DNA of 64,000 bases from Octopus vulgaris. Taxonomy: Eukaryota. A program made the translations under genes and the position numbers. The notes under the pieces were generated by a model that had not been told where the DNA came from, searched no databases, and saw only the letters and a list, made by a program, of their open reading frames with translations. Positions 1-12,425 of the stretch are shown piece after piece; position 1 is the stretch's first letter, and the number at the start of each line of letters is the position of its first letter. Location of the stretch: assembly GCA_951406725.2 (NCBI GenBank), contig OX597819.1, forward strand, positions 35,526,001-35,590,000, given 5' to 3'.

Positions 1-52
1 AGCAATGCAGAAACTATGTAAGCGTGTCTTCCTTGGAAGCTATCATGGCAAG
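1..52 (+). CDS. Candidate penultimate coding exon (partial, 3' end) of an unidentified host gene: ...AMQKLCKRVFLGSYHGK
   Basis: Open frame from nt 2 ends at AAG|GTAGTG donor in phase 0, matching the phase-0 acceptor at 8524. Confidence 0.4.
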
Positions 53-245
53 GTAGTGGATAGGCAACTAAAGAAAGATAAAGAAAGAGCTTTTTAATAG
101 ACTAAGAATAAAAAAAATGTAAAGCTTATTCAACCAGAGTAGAATATTATAAGTTAGATATTTAACTACCAAAAATAGAAAAATGTAAAGTTAATTCAGT
201 CAAAGTAGAATATTAAAAGTAAGATATTTGACCACCAAAATATTT

Positions 246-660
246 CGTGTGGCAGTGCAGTAAGGAGATTACTTCCCAACCATATGGTTCTGAGTTCAGT
301 CCCACTGTGTGGTACCTTAGGCAAGTGTTTTCCACTATAGCTCTGGGCTGACCAAAACCTTGTGAGTGGATTTGGTAGACAGTGACCCGAAAGAAGCTTA
401 TTGTATATATATGTGTGTGTGAGTGTGTGCATGTGTTTGCTTCTCATTGTCTTGAAAATTGTGTGTAGTTGTAAATGATTGCCACTGTCATACAGTGTCA
501 TTCATTTGTACTATACTGCAAAAACATATTTGGTCATAGAAAAATATTACCTTGTTTGGAAACATAAGGGGTGGTGACAGGAAGAGCAGCCAGTCATAGA
601 AAATCTGCCTCAGTAAACCCTGTCCAACCCATGCAAGCATGGAAAAGTGGATATTAGAAT
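246..660 (+). mobile_element. tRNA-derived CORE-type SINE, diverged, with RTE-like 3' tail
   Basis: A/B-box-like head, CORE-like GGTACCTTAGGCAAGTG, tail GTCCAACCCATGCAAGCATGGAAAAGTGGA shared with the RTE tails in this window. Confidence 0.7.
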
Positions 661-699
661 GTAAAAATCTAAGCTTAATTCTAAAATAGTTTGAGCTCC

Positions 700-733
<34 letters not shown>

Positions 734-1134
734 TTGTCTTTATGGCATTTATCTAACCCAGAATCTACAAAATATATTTTTTATTTGAAACCAGAATTAC
801 ACAAAAGTGTCATTCTACTAGAAAAAAATTGCAAACTGTGCAGATGGCATCTTGGCCTATGATTTCTATAGCGTTCCTTAGCACTCAATAGGGCAACTGC
901 AGGTTATATGAAGTGTAAACACTGAGCTTTTATCCTAATTTAATTTACTAGTTTGTATGTTCAATGATGAGATAAGTATGAGTTAGTTTCTTAATAATCT
1001 GCTCCATTAATAATTTGCAAATATAGAAATATTAGAAATTTGTTCTAAGATGGCATCATTCTGAAAATGAAATCTAAAAAAATATTACTAAGATATTTTT
1101 TTATTCTTTTCACCTAGTCTGTTATCATTTTTTA

Positions 1135-1340
1135 AAAAATTTTTGTTATCATATTTTTGTTGAAATACACTGTCTTTGTTACAATTAATTTTGAAAGTAA
1201 TGAAAAATTTAGGAAAATAGTCATTATTAAGCTGATGTTTGGAGCATAAATCATTATGAAATGTTGACGAAAGGTTTTAACTAAGATCACTTCAGAAAGG
1301 AAGTTTGAATCATAGAACCAGGGGCAGTCTACCAGAAGGG
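1135..1340 (+). mobile_element. Old diverged copy of piggyBac-like MITE family B
   Basis: Colinear similarity to 20312-20533; ends GGG-TTAA. Confidence 0.35.
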
Positions 1341-1890
1341 TTAAATATAAAGTTAACTGTATATTATTGATATAATTCTAATTAAAAGTATTATGCTCAT
1401 CACTTTAAGTACCTTAGTACAATAAAAGAAATATTGAACTAAGTGCCTTGGTACTGAGTTCAATATTTATTTTATTGTACTGATGAAAAATATATATTTT
1501 TTTTCCAATAAAAAATTTGTTTTTAATCCTTTGATTGTAAATTTCAAGTTGTATTCAAGTATTGATTTCTATTTAATAAGTATTGGATAATTGTGCATGT
1601 TTGCACTAATCAATAGTCAATCGTTGTTGGAGATGGCAGTTTTGAAAGCATGGTTTCATAACAAAAAAAAAAGTTGGTTTTAACTCATATTAATAGAACT
1701 TCTTTAATGATGCTTTTAGTTTTCTTATACATGTAGATGAGTTGCAGAGAAAGCTGGTTAATTGGCAAAATGTAAGAAAGCTGTTGAGTTTTAGTTAGCT
1801 AAAAGACCTCCAAACTGAATTGATGTGTAAAAAGTTTTTTTCTTTCAGTAGTCTCTTGTAGCAGAACTAAATTTATATTATTGATGTAAG

Positions 1891-2119
1891 GCGGTGAGCT
1901 GGCAGAAACGTTAGCACACCGGGCGAGATGCTTAGCGGTATTTCGTCAGTCGTTACGTTCTGAGTTCAAATTCCGCCGAGGTCGACTTTGCCTTTCATCC
2001 TCTTGGGGTCGATAGATAAAGTACCAGTTTCGCACTGGGTCGATATAATCGACTTAATCCCTTTGTCTGTCCTCGTTTGTCCCCTCTATGTTTAGCCCCT
2101 TGTGGGTAGTAAAGAAATA
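1891..2119 (+). mobile_element. tRNA-derived SINE with Deu/Nin-like central domain
   Basis: GAGTTCAAATTCCGCCGAGGTCGACTTTGCCTTTCATCC...GGGGTCGAT..ATAAAGTACCAG domain; 17-bp TSD TATATTATTGATGTAAG at 1874-1890 and 2120-2136. Confidence 0.85.
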
Positions 2120-2419
2120 TATATTATTGATGTAAGTTGTAGTGTTTGGGGGAAATGGAATGGAAAGAAAGTCAGTATATTACATAAAACTGGGGCCTGG
2201 TCTGTTAAGGGGCAGTGGAATTTATATAGTAGAAAGAAATGTACTTGTAATTTACTAATTTCAGTCATTGGACTGTGGCCATGCATGGCCACCACCTCTA
2301 AGGTTTATAGTTGATGTTATCAACTCCAGTTCTCATTTCATCAATATTCACTGAATTGACAAGTTACTCTTTTGAAGTAAAGGGGATGTAACTTGATGTA
2401 CTGGATTAGACTTAGGAAA

Positions 2420-2790
2420 TCATCATCATCATCATCATCATCGTTTAACGTCCACTTTCCATGCTAGCATGGGTTGGACGGTTCAACTGGGGTCTGGGAA
2501 GCCAGGAGGCTGCACCAGGCCCAGTCTGGTCTGGCAGTGTTCCTACAGCTGGATGCCCTTCCTAACGCCAACCACTCTGTGAGTGTAGTGGGTGCTTTTT
2601 ATGTGCCACCGACACAGGTGCCAGACGGGGCTGGCAACGGCCACGATCAGATGGTGCTTTTTATGTGTCACCGGCACGGAGGCCAGTCGGGGCGGCGCTG
2701 GCAATGGCCAAGTTCGGATGGTTCTCTTATGTGCCACCAGCACTGGTATCACAACTACAATTTCCATTGATGTTGATTGATTTCGATTTA
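2420..2790 (-). mobile_element. RTE LINE 3'-tail copy or RTE-dependent SINE
   Basis: Minus strand ends in (GAT)n and carries GGTTGGCGTTAGGAAGGGCATCCAGC plus repeated GTGGCAC.TAAAAAGCACC units, like the 3' end of the RTE at 18.5-18.8 kb. Confidence 0.85.
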
Positions 2791-2892
2791 ATATAAATAT
2801 GAAATATAAATATGAACACACAGGCACATTTTGATATAGTTTCTACCTACTAATTCTACTCACAAGGCACAGGCTGACACTAAGCCATGGTG

Positions 2893-3205
2893 GAAGGCAT
2901 GTAGCTTAATGGCTGGTGTATTTGGTTCACTATCATAGGGTCATGAGTTTGATTCCTGGTGGCACATTGTGCCTTTGAGAAAGACATGGTATTTCTCCTT
3001 GTTCCAGTCCACTCAGCTGGCAAAAATGAATTGTACCTGTAAGTCAAATGGTCAGCCATGTCTCATTCGGTATGTCACACCGAATCTCCTTTCGAACTAT
3101 GTTAAAGGTACATGTATCTGGAGTGCTCAGCTCCTTGCACTTAACTTCATGAGCAGGCTGTTCTGTTGTGTCAAATGAAATGGAGCACTCACTGTCTTAA
3201 CTGAC
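2893..3205 (+). mobile_element. tRNA-derived SINE (Ceph-domain-like family), diverged
   Basis: tRNA-like head; body homologous to the minus-strand copy at 4765-5385. Confidence 0.6.
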
Positions 3206-4289
3206 ATAGAGCCAGACCACAGTGGAAGACACTTATCTTATTATGTACTATGGGATCAAATCCTGAGCTACAAGATTGTAAAGAGATCTTAACCACACAG
3301 CTGTCTGTAGGTTATTTAGACCTAGCATATTTTAAAACTTAATTGATCTGATGAGGTAATCAAACTTTGTGGCAGGAAGCATTGTTAAGGCTTAATCATC
3401 ATTGTTGTTGGCATCTCAACATCATTATGTAATTAATCATTATTAGAAGTGCTTAATTCATTTTCTTCCTGACATGATGATCTGACTCTGTTGTATTGCT
3501 CTCTCTTTGTTTTTTAATTAATTCTTCTGTAAGCTGAATAATTGCTAGAGTTACAGGCCAATTCTAGGTTGCTCTTATCTAAAACAAAACCATGATACAA
3601 GAAGTTTGTTTATTGATCTGTTAGCAATAAGCCAAAATGTTAGTGTGACCTAATGTATATCAAAAGCCAGGGGAAAAAAATAAACATTCTCTTTGATTGA
3701 TTCTTTAGATTTGTTACTTGAATGTAAATAGAATAGAAATAACTGCATCCTCCTGAGGCTTTCAAGATTCTTCACATGAAATTGAAGACCCAACTCCTAA
3801 AAGTGCCAAAATCACATTGATTTTTTTTCTGTGACTTAGTAATTCCAGAACTAGGATTTTCCTTTGATATTTATGTTGTGGTATTTGTTTCACATATTTC
3901 AAAATTTCAAATCAAAGTCAAGCATTTGGTTTGGTCTTGATTGATCAGAGTGTGCTGATTAATTGATTCAATGTTGATCGATCTGATCAGTAGTTCTCCA
4001 TTATGTTTATTTGTGACAAACTGGAGATTAAATAATAAAATTACTGATGCACTTCTCATGAAAAGTTACAACAAACTTGTTGTTTTAGATTTTATAGTTT
4101 TATAATTTAGAAAAAAATAATTATGCAAAAAACACTACTGCTTACTTTGTTCTATTAATCACACTTGTCAAAATCATTGTTTTAAAGCTCACTTTTCCAT
4201 GCTTGCATAAATCAGACAGGATTCTTTGCAACAGGTTTTCTACAGCCAGACATGTTTTTCTTAGAAGATTGTGCTAACCTTGGATCGTA

Positions 4290-4666
4290 GAGTGACCTGC
4301 TGTTCTTGAGGAGACCTGTTGAGTCAGGTTCGTCAACATCAAAATAAAAATTCAAATGGAAATTGTAGTTAAGACACCCATGCCGGTGACACATAAAAAG
4401 CACCGTTTGAACGTGGCGTCCGTGTCGGTGACGTGTAAAAGCACCAACCGATCGTGGCCGTTTGCCAGCCTGCTCTGGCTCCTGTGCCGGTGGCATGTAA
4501 GAAACACCCACTACACTCATGGAGTGGTTGGTGTTAGGAAGGGCATCCACCTGTAGAAACACTGCCAAATCAAACTAGAGCCTGGTGCATCCTCCATGGC
4601 TTACCAGACCCCGGTCGAACCGTCCAACCCATGCTAGCATGGAAAACGGATGTTAAATGATGATGA
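4290..4666 (+). mobile_element. RTE 3'-tail copy
   Basis: Same family as 2420-2790 in opposite orientation; ends GTTAAATGATGATGAT. Confidence 0.85.
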
Positions 4667-4764
4667 TTGGTGATGGGCAACATTGCTTGTGTAATGGTGA
4701 CACTTGTTTACAACCATCACATGATGTCAATATATACACATACGCATAATATATATAACTGGCA

Positions 4765-5385
4765 CTCTGTTGGTTATGACAACGAGGGTTCCAGTTGATC
4801 TGATCTACAGAACAGCTTGCTCTTGAAATTAATGTGCATGTGGCTGAGCACTTCACAATCATCATCATCATTGTTTGACCATGGTCGAGACAATGGAATT
4901 TACTATGCTACGCCAGACTTCACGGTCCATCATAGCATTACGGAGGTCCTGTTGCTTGATGCCTGTATCCCCCTGGAGATTACATCAGGGTAGGAGAGTG
5001 TGCGCCATCTGGTATCGCGAGTAGATGGCTTCCAGCGGAGAAGAGTAGAAATTGCCTCGTTTTCAGCTCTACAACAATGTCCAGCAAACTGGACTCTCCT
5101 ACCTTCCACAAGAGATGACACAGGTGGTAGTTTCCCATATATTTGCATTTTGGTTAAGCACTTCACAAACATACACGCACACACCTGTAATATCGTTCTC
5201 AGGGAGATTCAGTATGACACAGAATGTGACAAAGCTGGCCCTTTTAAATACAGGCACTACTCATTTTTACCATTTGAGTGGAGTGGAGAAACCTGAAATA
5301 AAGTGTCTTGCTCAAGGACACAATGTGATGTGAGTATCAAACCCATGACCTTACATGATTGAGCCAAATACCCTAACCACTAATC
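4765..5385 (-). mobile_element. tRNA-derived SINE interrupted by a LINE fragment
   Basis: Head at ~5300-5385 and tail at 4765-4858 join across the insertion; homologous to 2893-3205. Confidence 0.65.
4859..5156 (-). mobile_element. 5'-truncated RTE/RTE-X LINE fragment (ORF C-terminus)
   Basis: Translates IYGKLPPVSSLVEGRRVQFAGHCCR...WKP; (GAT)n tail; 12-bp TSD AGCACTTCACAA at 4847-4858 and 5157-5168. Confidence 0.8.
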
Positions 5386-5477
5386 CGCATATCTTCACAT
5401 GTGTGCATACATACAATGAACAAAGCCTTGTGAATGGATTTCGTAGATGAAAACTGAAAGAAGCCCATTGTGTGTAT

Positions 5478-5803
5478 GTGTGTGGTAAGTAGCTTGCTTA
5501 CGAACCGTATGGTTCTGGGTTCAGAACTAGTCTCAGGCCGACCAAGGCCTTGTGAGTGGATTTGGTAGACGGTAACTGAAAGAAGCCCGTTGTATATATA
5601 TGTATTTATATATGTATGTGTGTCTGTCCCCACTGCTGCTGGTGTGTTTACATTCCTGTAACTTAGAGGTTCAGCAAAAAAGACCGATAGAATAAGTACT
5701 GGGATTACAAAGAATAAGTCCTGGGGTCGATTCGTTCGACTAAAAAGGTGGTGCTCCAGCATGGCCACAGTCAAATGACTGAAACAAGTAAAAGAGTAAA
5801 GAG
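5478..5803 (+). mobile_element. CORE-type tRNA SINE (internally deleted)
   Basis: GTGTGGTAAGTAGCTTGCTT head; CATGGCCACAGTCAAATGACTGAAACAAGTAAAAGAG tail. Confidence 0.8.
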
Positions 5804-6272
5804 TATATAAAACACGACAGGCTTCCACACAGTTTGTCTACCAAATCCACTTCATAGGGCTTTGGTCAACCTGAAGCTGTAGTAGATGACATTTGCCCAG
5901 ACTACCATGCCGTAGGATTGAACTTGAAATCACATGGTTGGGAAGTGAACTTCATAACCACACAACAAAATTATGAACAATACATTTCCCAAGACGTTCA
6001 AGCATTTGTATGGATCTTCCAAGTCTTAAAATTCTATTTTTAAAAATCCAAGGCACTGCACCTACATTCCACCCTCCCCTGCTGTGCAGCAGTTGCACAC
6101 TGATGCATCATTTGAAAGCCACTAGATTAGACAGTTGAAATTCTAAAACAACCACCTGCTCAGCTATTAACTATTCTCTTCTATTGATACCCGTCATAGT
6201 ATATTTATTGTTTATACAGATATTTGATTAGAAGCAAAACTATTTTTTTTTTTTTAAATGAAATGTTCAAGT

Positions 6273-6610
6273 AGGCGCAGGAGTGGCTGTGTGGTAAGTA
6301 GCTTGCTTACCAACCACATGGTTCCGGGTTCAGTCCCATTGCGTAGCACCTTGAGCAAGTGTCTTCTACTGTAACCTTGGGCTGACCAAAGCCTTGTGAG
6401 TGTATTTGGTAGACGGAAACTGTGTGTGTGTCTGTGTTTGCACCCCCAACATCGCTTGACAACCAATGCTGGTGTGTTTGCATCACCGTAACTTAGCGGT
6501 TCGGCAAAAGAGACCGATAGAATAAGTACTGGACTTACAAAGTCGATTTGTTCGACTAAAGGCGGTGCTCCAGCATGGCCACAGTCAAATGACTGAAACG
6601 AGTAAAAGAG
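6273..6610 (+). mobile_element. CORE-type tRNA SINE (octopus OR-like), near full length
   Basis: GGCGCAGGAGTGGCTGTGTGGTAAG A-box, GGTTCAGTCCC B-box, CACCTTGAGCAAGTG CORE motif, family tail. Confidence 0.85.
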
Positions 6611-6711
6611 TATCACATTTGTGAAAGAGTTCTATGTCTGCTTTAAAAGGAATAAAGAAAACTGAAAGGAAACACAACTTGTGAGTAGTTTCACATTAGC
6701 ACATATTTCAC

Positions 6712-6992
6712 TCAGGGCTTGGCTGCGTAATTAGGAAGTTTGCTTCCTGACTATGTAGTTTCTGGTTTCAGTCTCACTCCATTGCACTTTGAGCAGGTGT
6801 CTTCTAATATAGCCCTGAGCTGGTTGATGCATTGTCAGTAAAGTTTGTAGACAGATACTGCACAAACTTGTAGTGTGTGTGTGTGTGTATGCATGCACAT
6901 GTGTATGTCTGTCTGAATATTGTTCTATCAAAACCCTTCAAAGCAATGCTCCAACATGGCTGCAGTCTAATGACTGAAACAAGTAAAAGATA
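6712..6992 (+). mobile_element. CORE-type tRNA SINE, diverged
   Basis: Colinear with 6273-6610. Confidence 0.65.
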
Positions 6993-7412
6993 AAAAAAAA
7001 ATCCAAACAATTGATATTTCTTTTATGGCAAATTAGTAAAAGATTTGATATTGTCATTCTATCTATTTTATTTTGAAGTGGGTAACAAATACGCAGAAGA
7101 TATTTCCGACGAATAAATATCCTGCAGAACCACTAAGAAATGTAGTGCTTATTAAAAATAATATAGTTATTAGTTAACCCTTTCACTGTCGAAAGCAGAT
7201 ATAGTCATTTAAGATTTCATTACCCTTAACTGCAAAATGCAGTTTTGTGTACCAATCTATATTTTGTTGAGGGAATGTTATGCTTGAAACTATTTTCGAT
7301 AGACTTTTTTTTAAAACAAACAAGCATTTGCGTTTTCTATGATGATATGAGAAGCAGTGACAAGTGGCAATTCTGTAAATAATAATAATAGTAATATTTT
7401 ATAAGCTTAAAA

Positions 7413-7650
7413 CTTACAAGTTGTTAGTTGTTGGAGCACTGCATCCTTCAAAACTTCCATGCTTCCTGAGATTTGCCAACACTACACCTGATTTTCTCCC
7501 CTCAATACACACGCAAGCATGTATCTGACTCGTACACTGTTTGCTTTCCAGACATTTGTACATTACTGCATATACTTTATACGCACTTTTTGACAAGTTG
7601 TGGTGCACCTGAGCACTGTATACAATAATTTCATTATTATTATTATTATT
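7413..7650 (+). mobile_element. CR1/L2-type LINE 3' fragment
   Basis: Short ORF end (..ASFKTSML..), UTR-like segment and (ATT)n tail. Confidence 0.5.
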
Positions 7651-7730
7651 TTAAGTGATCACTGTGTATTTACTAATGAAAATAGTCTAATATTGTGGCA
7701 TAATAAGCTTGACAGAAAAAACGGGTTTTC

Positions 7731-7802
7731 TGTACACATGGGACTCAAACCCACACCTCTTTATATTCACGATAAGTGTGCTACCATTACACTAATGTAC
7801 CC
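7731..7802 (-). pseudogene. tRNA-like sequence (tRNA pseudogene or isolated SINE head)
   Basis: Minus strand: A-box TAGTGTAATGGT, D-stem GTGT/GCAC, T-arm GTGGG-TTTGAGT-CCCAT, acceptor GTACA/TGTAC, T6 run ~10 nt downstream; anticodon loop non-canonical. Confidence 0.55.
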
Positions 7803-8523
7803 CCTCACTTCCTCCTGGAGATGTATCAAGTTTATTGCGGCAACATGACTTGCAGAAAATACCAATTTTATATTTTGGTTGATATTTAACATCATTACTG
7901 GAATAACTATGAAATTTAGTTAGAGATGGCAAGTATACCTCACATTGTCGTGCAGTTACTGTTTATACCTCGTTCAGAGATTTATTATTGCTATGAAATT
8001 TAATTTTGCAGTTAATTGGGTTAAACATGCATTCTAATTTTTATCTTTGAAATCAACGCATCTGTTTAACTTTGAAAAATCACAACGTTGCTGTGTTAAA
8101 TATGAGAAAATGCTTTTGTTCTGCTGAAGTTCTGGAATTGTAATATTGCTTAGTGCAGGTGGTGGTGGTGGTGATGAGCATTTTATCACTGATTTATTTC
8201 GACATGTTGATGACATAGTTAAAATGTCATTGTGTGGATGGTTTCTATGAAAATGGCAGTAAAAGAGTTAAAAGGGTTGATTTTTCATTTTTATTTTATT
8301 TTATATTTTTACAATTATTTTCTTCCATTTCCTGTATTCATTTGAACAGAAATTGAAATCCATTTGAAAAATTGAGATTTATTTATTTATTACTTTTGTA
8401 ATATTATTTGTTTTGTAGTTGTTTCAAAAATATTTTCTGTGTTGAAAACTCTTCCATGTTTTTCAACATCTTCATCATAATTTATTCTCATTTTTCTCTC
8501 TCTCTTTCTTTCTGTCATTTCAG

Positions 8524-8565
8524 GAATTTGTTGTTCAGTTATTGAAGCAAGCTAGTACACTGTAA
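8524..8565 (+). CDS. Candidate terminal coding exon of host gene: EFVVQLLKQASTL*
   Basis: Long polypyrimidine tract 8490-8520 plus CAG acceptor, 13 codons, then tandem stops TAA TAG; in phase with exon 1-52. Confidence 0.55.
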   Translation, partial: EFVVQLLKQASTL

Positions 8566-11077
8566 TAGTGTGGTTTACCAGTGGCACTGTAACAGTTATG
8601 ATTATGAAGTCCTGTAACAGTGTATGTAGCACCAGTGGTAACAGCAATAAAGTTTTTGGTGTACACACATGCTTACACACATGCATACATACACACATAC
8701 ACATAATATATATACATACCAAATTGGCATGTGTATGGTAGGGGATTGTATAGCCAATTTATTTCCAGGGTCTTTTTGTATATGGTGTACAAGCTATATA
8801 TGCAACAAGTTTGACACCCTGCAGTATTATTCTTAGATGTAGTTGCAGCTCCCTAATTGGTGACCCACTCCTACTACCCATTTCAAGTTGTTATCTTTCC
8901 TTATTTGTCTTTTAATAACATCCATACCTCTTTGAAATTAACACACCTTGCTCTCTTTTTCTCTGAGTGGATGAGTGAAGAAGGCATCTCTCTATGGAGA
9001 TTGGGACAACAGAAGGAATACATGCATTACATATATGCTTGTGTGTAAATGTATTTGGGGGTATATCAGGGTGGTGAGATGGAGCATTTGGTCACTAGCA
9101 AAAGTTAGGTTTTATTTTTTAAAATTAGACTGTATTTTGTAGTTCTTCCCCGCAAAAACATACCAAGGTTATACCAAAAAGAAAATTCTTGTATATGTTC
9201 TGATGACTTCTTTATATTTAAAACAAATCCACTGCCCCCCCCCCCCCAAAAAAAAATCAACAAATATGAAACAATGTACCATACATTTTGAGGTGAAAAA
9301 ATGTATTCTGTAACTAAGCTTCTGTCTCTTATGCTCTTATAGATCTCTCAGTTCTAATGTTGTGGATTATTGAGAACACATATGAATTTAAATGTTGAAG
9401 AAGAAATGAATTTCCTCAAAGTGTTAATAAAATAACATTAAATAAAGCAGCAAAGTTGATTTATTTTTTAATTTTTCTTTTCAATCTTGCCATATGTTCA
9501 CATTGTCATCATTTTTAAAATTCTATTTTCAAAGTATTCTCTAAATATTTTTTTTTCTTTTACTTCAGTATCTTTTCCCGAAACTAAGAGCTGCTGCATA
9601 AAATGACAAATATTTCAGAAAGATTACTTCACTTCAATTATTATTTTTTTTTTTATTTGAGAGTGTGTGTGCCACCTCAGTAGTATTTCATATTTCAGAG
9701 TGATCTTTATTCTTTAAACCATCGTATGAGTCATTGATATTCAGTAAATCAATACTTAATGTTACACATTTGCAGCAAATCAAGTTATAAACATACTTTT
9801 ACTTCTCAGAAGATAAATCAAAACCTGAACATCTTCACATATTAGACATTTCTTGCAGTTTTGTTCTTACACAACTTGTAAATTATACAAATAAAATGGG
9901 GTAAGATTGTAATTAACAGGCAGGAAATGAAGCTGTTATAATTTAATTGTAGAAGACTAATTTAGAAAAAAAAAAGATTTTTAGTTGCTTTTTATAAAAC
10001 CAGTGTAGAATTAATATTGTTAGCATTACAGCATGAGCATTTCACAATTGCTGTTGTCTCCTTTAAAATTTTAATTTTTGATTATTATTATTATTATTAT
10101 TAATAATGATCATTTTTTTTGCTGATGGTATTTGAACTAAAAGAAAAAATTTTAAATGTTATAGATTTTAGAGTTACATTTTTATCTGTTCAATCTCAAT
10201 TTTGTAACCAGAGCTCATTTTGCTCATAACAGCTTTTGGGGATTTCTAAGTAAAAGTATCCTCCTATTGAATCATTTAAATCTCGGGTATCTAATTTACA
10301 TTCTGCATCAATAAGAAGATTCTTGCTGAATGTTCTAAAGTTTCATTCAAATATGATTGTTTGTGTGTGTATGTAAGGTTATTAATTAGTGCTATATATT
10401 ACAGAGAAATTGAGTAAACTTCTACTTCAAAACTTTTTTGTAGGATATTAGATGAAATGGAAGAATAATATTTGTATTAAGATTGATATTTTTTGAAATA
10501 ATACTATAAAAATTAAAACATTTCCTTCTTGCTTATTAATATGTTTCGCAAGATTGACTTTTAATTTTCATAAAGGTGCAATTCTATACCTTGTAGGTGG
10601 GGAGAATTATAATTTGTAAGTTTGGTGAGTAGTTATTGTTATTCATATAATGATTGTGAAAAAATTTAATTTTAGGTAAACTTAGCTAATTAGTTTCTGA
10701 AATTTGAGAGGCAGCCCTCCTAGAAGTCATCAAATCCTAGGTATGTTTAAAAAGATCAAATATGATCAAAGTTGTAAATAATGCAGTAATTTAATTTCTA
10801 AAACTCAACAAAGAATTGTTTTCTCATCTCTTTTGTAGAATTCCTATTTATTTTCACTGAAATTCCTTTACATATAGTCAGAATCATTTTGGCTATGTTT
10901 ATTTTCAGAGAAATTTTTGAAGAATTTAAATTGATGGTAACGGTTAAAAAAAAAATTCAAATCTGGAAAAATTTTGATATATGAAAGAGAATGAACTAAA
11001 TTGTGTATGATATATATATATATATATATATATTAAAATTACTAAGTCTCTCTAAAGGAGATTACGGCAGCGTTACT

Positions 11078-11124
<47 letters not shown>

Positions 11125-11504
11125 CATAATTACACATTATGTTGTTAGTGACAAAAAGCTAAAAGGCTCATGCCACAAGGCAAATGCTCTATTTCCAGGT
11201 AATTTGGGTAAGCCAATTGCCTCAGCACGGAAATAAACAATTTATTCTATTATTATAGTTTATTTCCAATGTAGCTGATTTTTCATTTTAGTTCCAGTTT
11301 TCTGGTGTTGGGGAACAACATTGACAATTACTAAGGCTAAGTTAACTGGGAGTAGTATAACATTTGACGCATAACATGAAACTTTTAATTTTTTATTACT
11401 AACAACAAAACTGTGTATGAATAATAATAATAATAATAATTCTCAAATATATTGAGTACTTTTTTTGTTTTTGCTGGGCCTATCAACAAAAGAACAGTTC
11501 ACTA

Positions 11505-11549
<45 letters not shown>

Positions 11550-12358
11550 TAAAATATCTTTTTTGGAATGGTGGATCTTGAAGCAGAGAAAGCTATATAC
11601 AGAAGTGTCAACAATGTGTGTGTGTGTGTTATTTTGAAGATTGGCTGGTGATCTGAAAAGATATTAATATCTGCTTTTCATTTTAACTCATTGATTATTA
11701 ATTGTTATGTAATTAATTGAAAAACAAAAATATTGAAAATGCTAATTCTATTTAATTTTTGACAAAATAGCACGTTTTTCTGTTTCATTGAAATGCCTTG
11801 CAGTTACTGTGTTCTTTAAGCTTACATCCTTGCACATTGCTATTGGTTCACATAAAGTAAAACATATGTAGAACCTGAAGTGAAGGGTTGTGAGGTAAGC
11901 TTAGCATATTAAAATATTATTGATATGTGATTTGTTTTGAATAAATTCTCTCATTCAAGGAAGATGATGGGAAATTTATGAATTTTTGTAAATATATATT
12001 TCTTATGTAATTTTTGTGTATAAGAAAGAATAAAACTGGTAATTAAAATAACTTAATCTCCTGTATGCATGAAGTTCCTTAAACATCAAAACTGGAACAA
12101 TCAAAGTCAAACACAATCAGTCAATCAAAAAAAAAAAAAAAAAGAAATATTGTGACAGTTACTGAATAACTCAAAGAAAAATGTAAAAAAAAAAAAGAAA
12201 GATCTCTATATTCTAGAACTTGTCTTGGCTTTGGAAACCTAAAAATGTTTATTGATTTAATGTTTTTTAAATATTTGTTTTTCTCATCATTTTCTGGAAA
12301 ATGCTGAGAGAGAGAGAGAAAGAGAGAGAGTGAATGTGTGTGTATATGTATGTGTTGA

Positions 12359-12425
<67 letters not shown>

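Larger units (their letters stand above)
7178..8267. mobile_element. Possible piggyBac-like non-autonomous element with nested insertions
   Basis: TTAA-CCCTTTCACTGTC ... GGCAGTAAAAGAG-TTAA imperfect TIRs (10/13). Confidence 0.4.

Noticed and set aside
2590-2745. Repeat-spacer pattern resembling a CRISPR array
   Set aside because: Eukaryotic context, spacers related to each other, no cas genes; part of the RTE 3' UTR
2474-2827. Recurrent 60-120 aa ORFs with similar sequence across the window
   Set aside because: Incidental frames in SINE and RTE-tail copies; not conserved in frame or length
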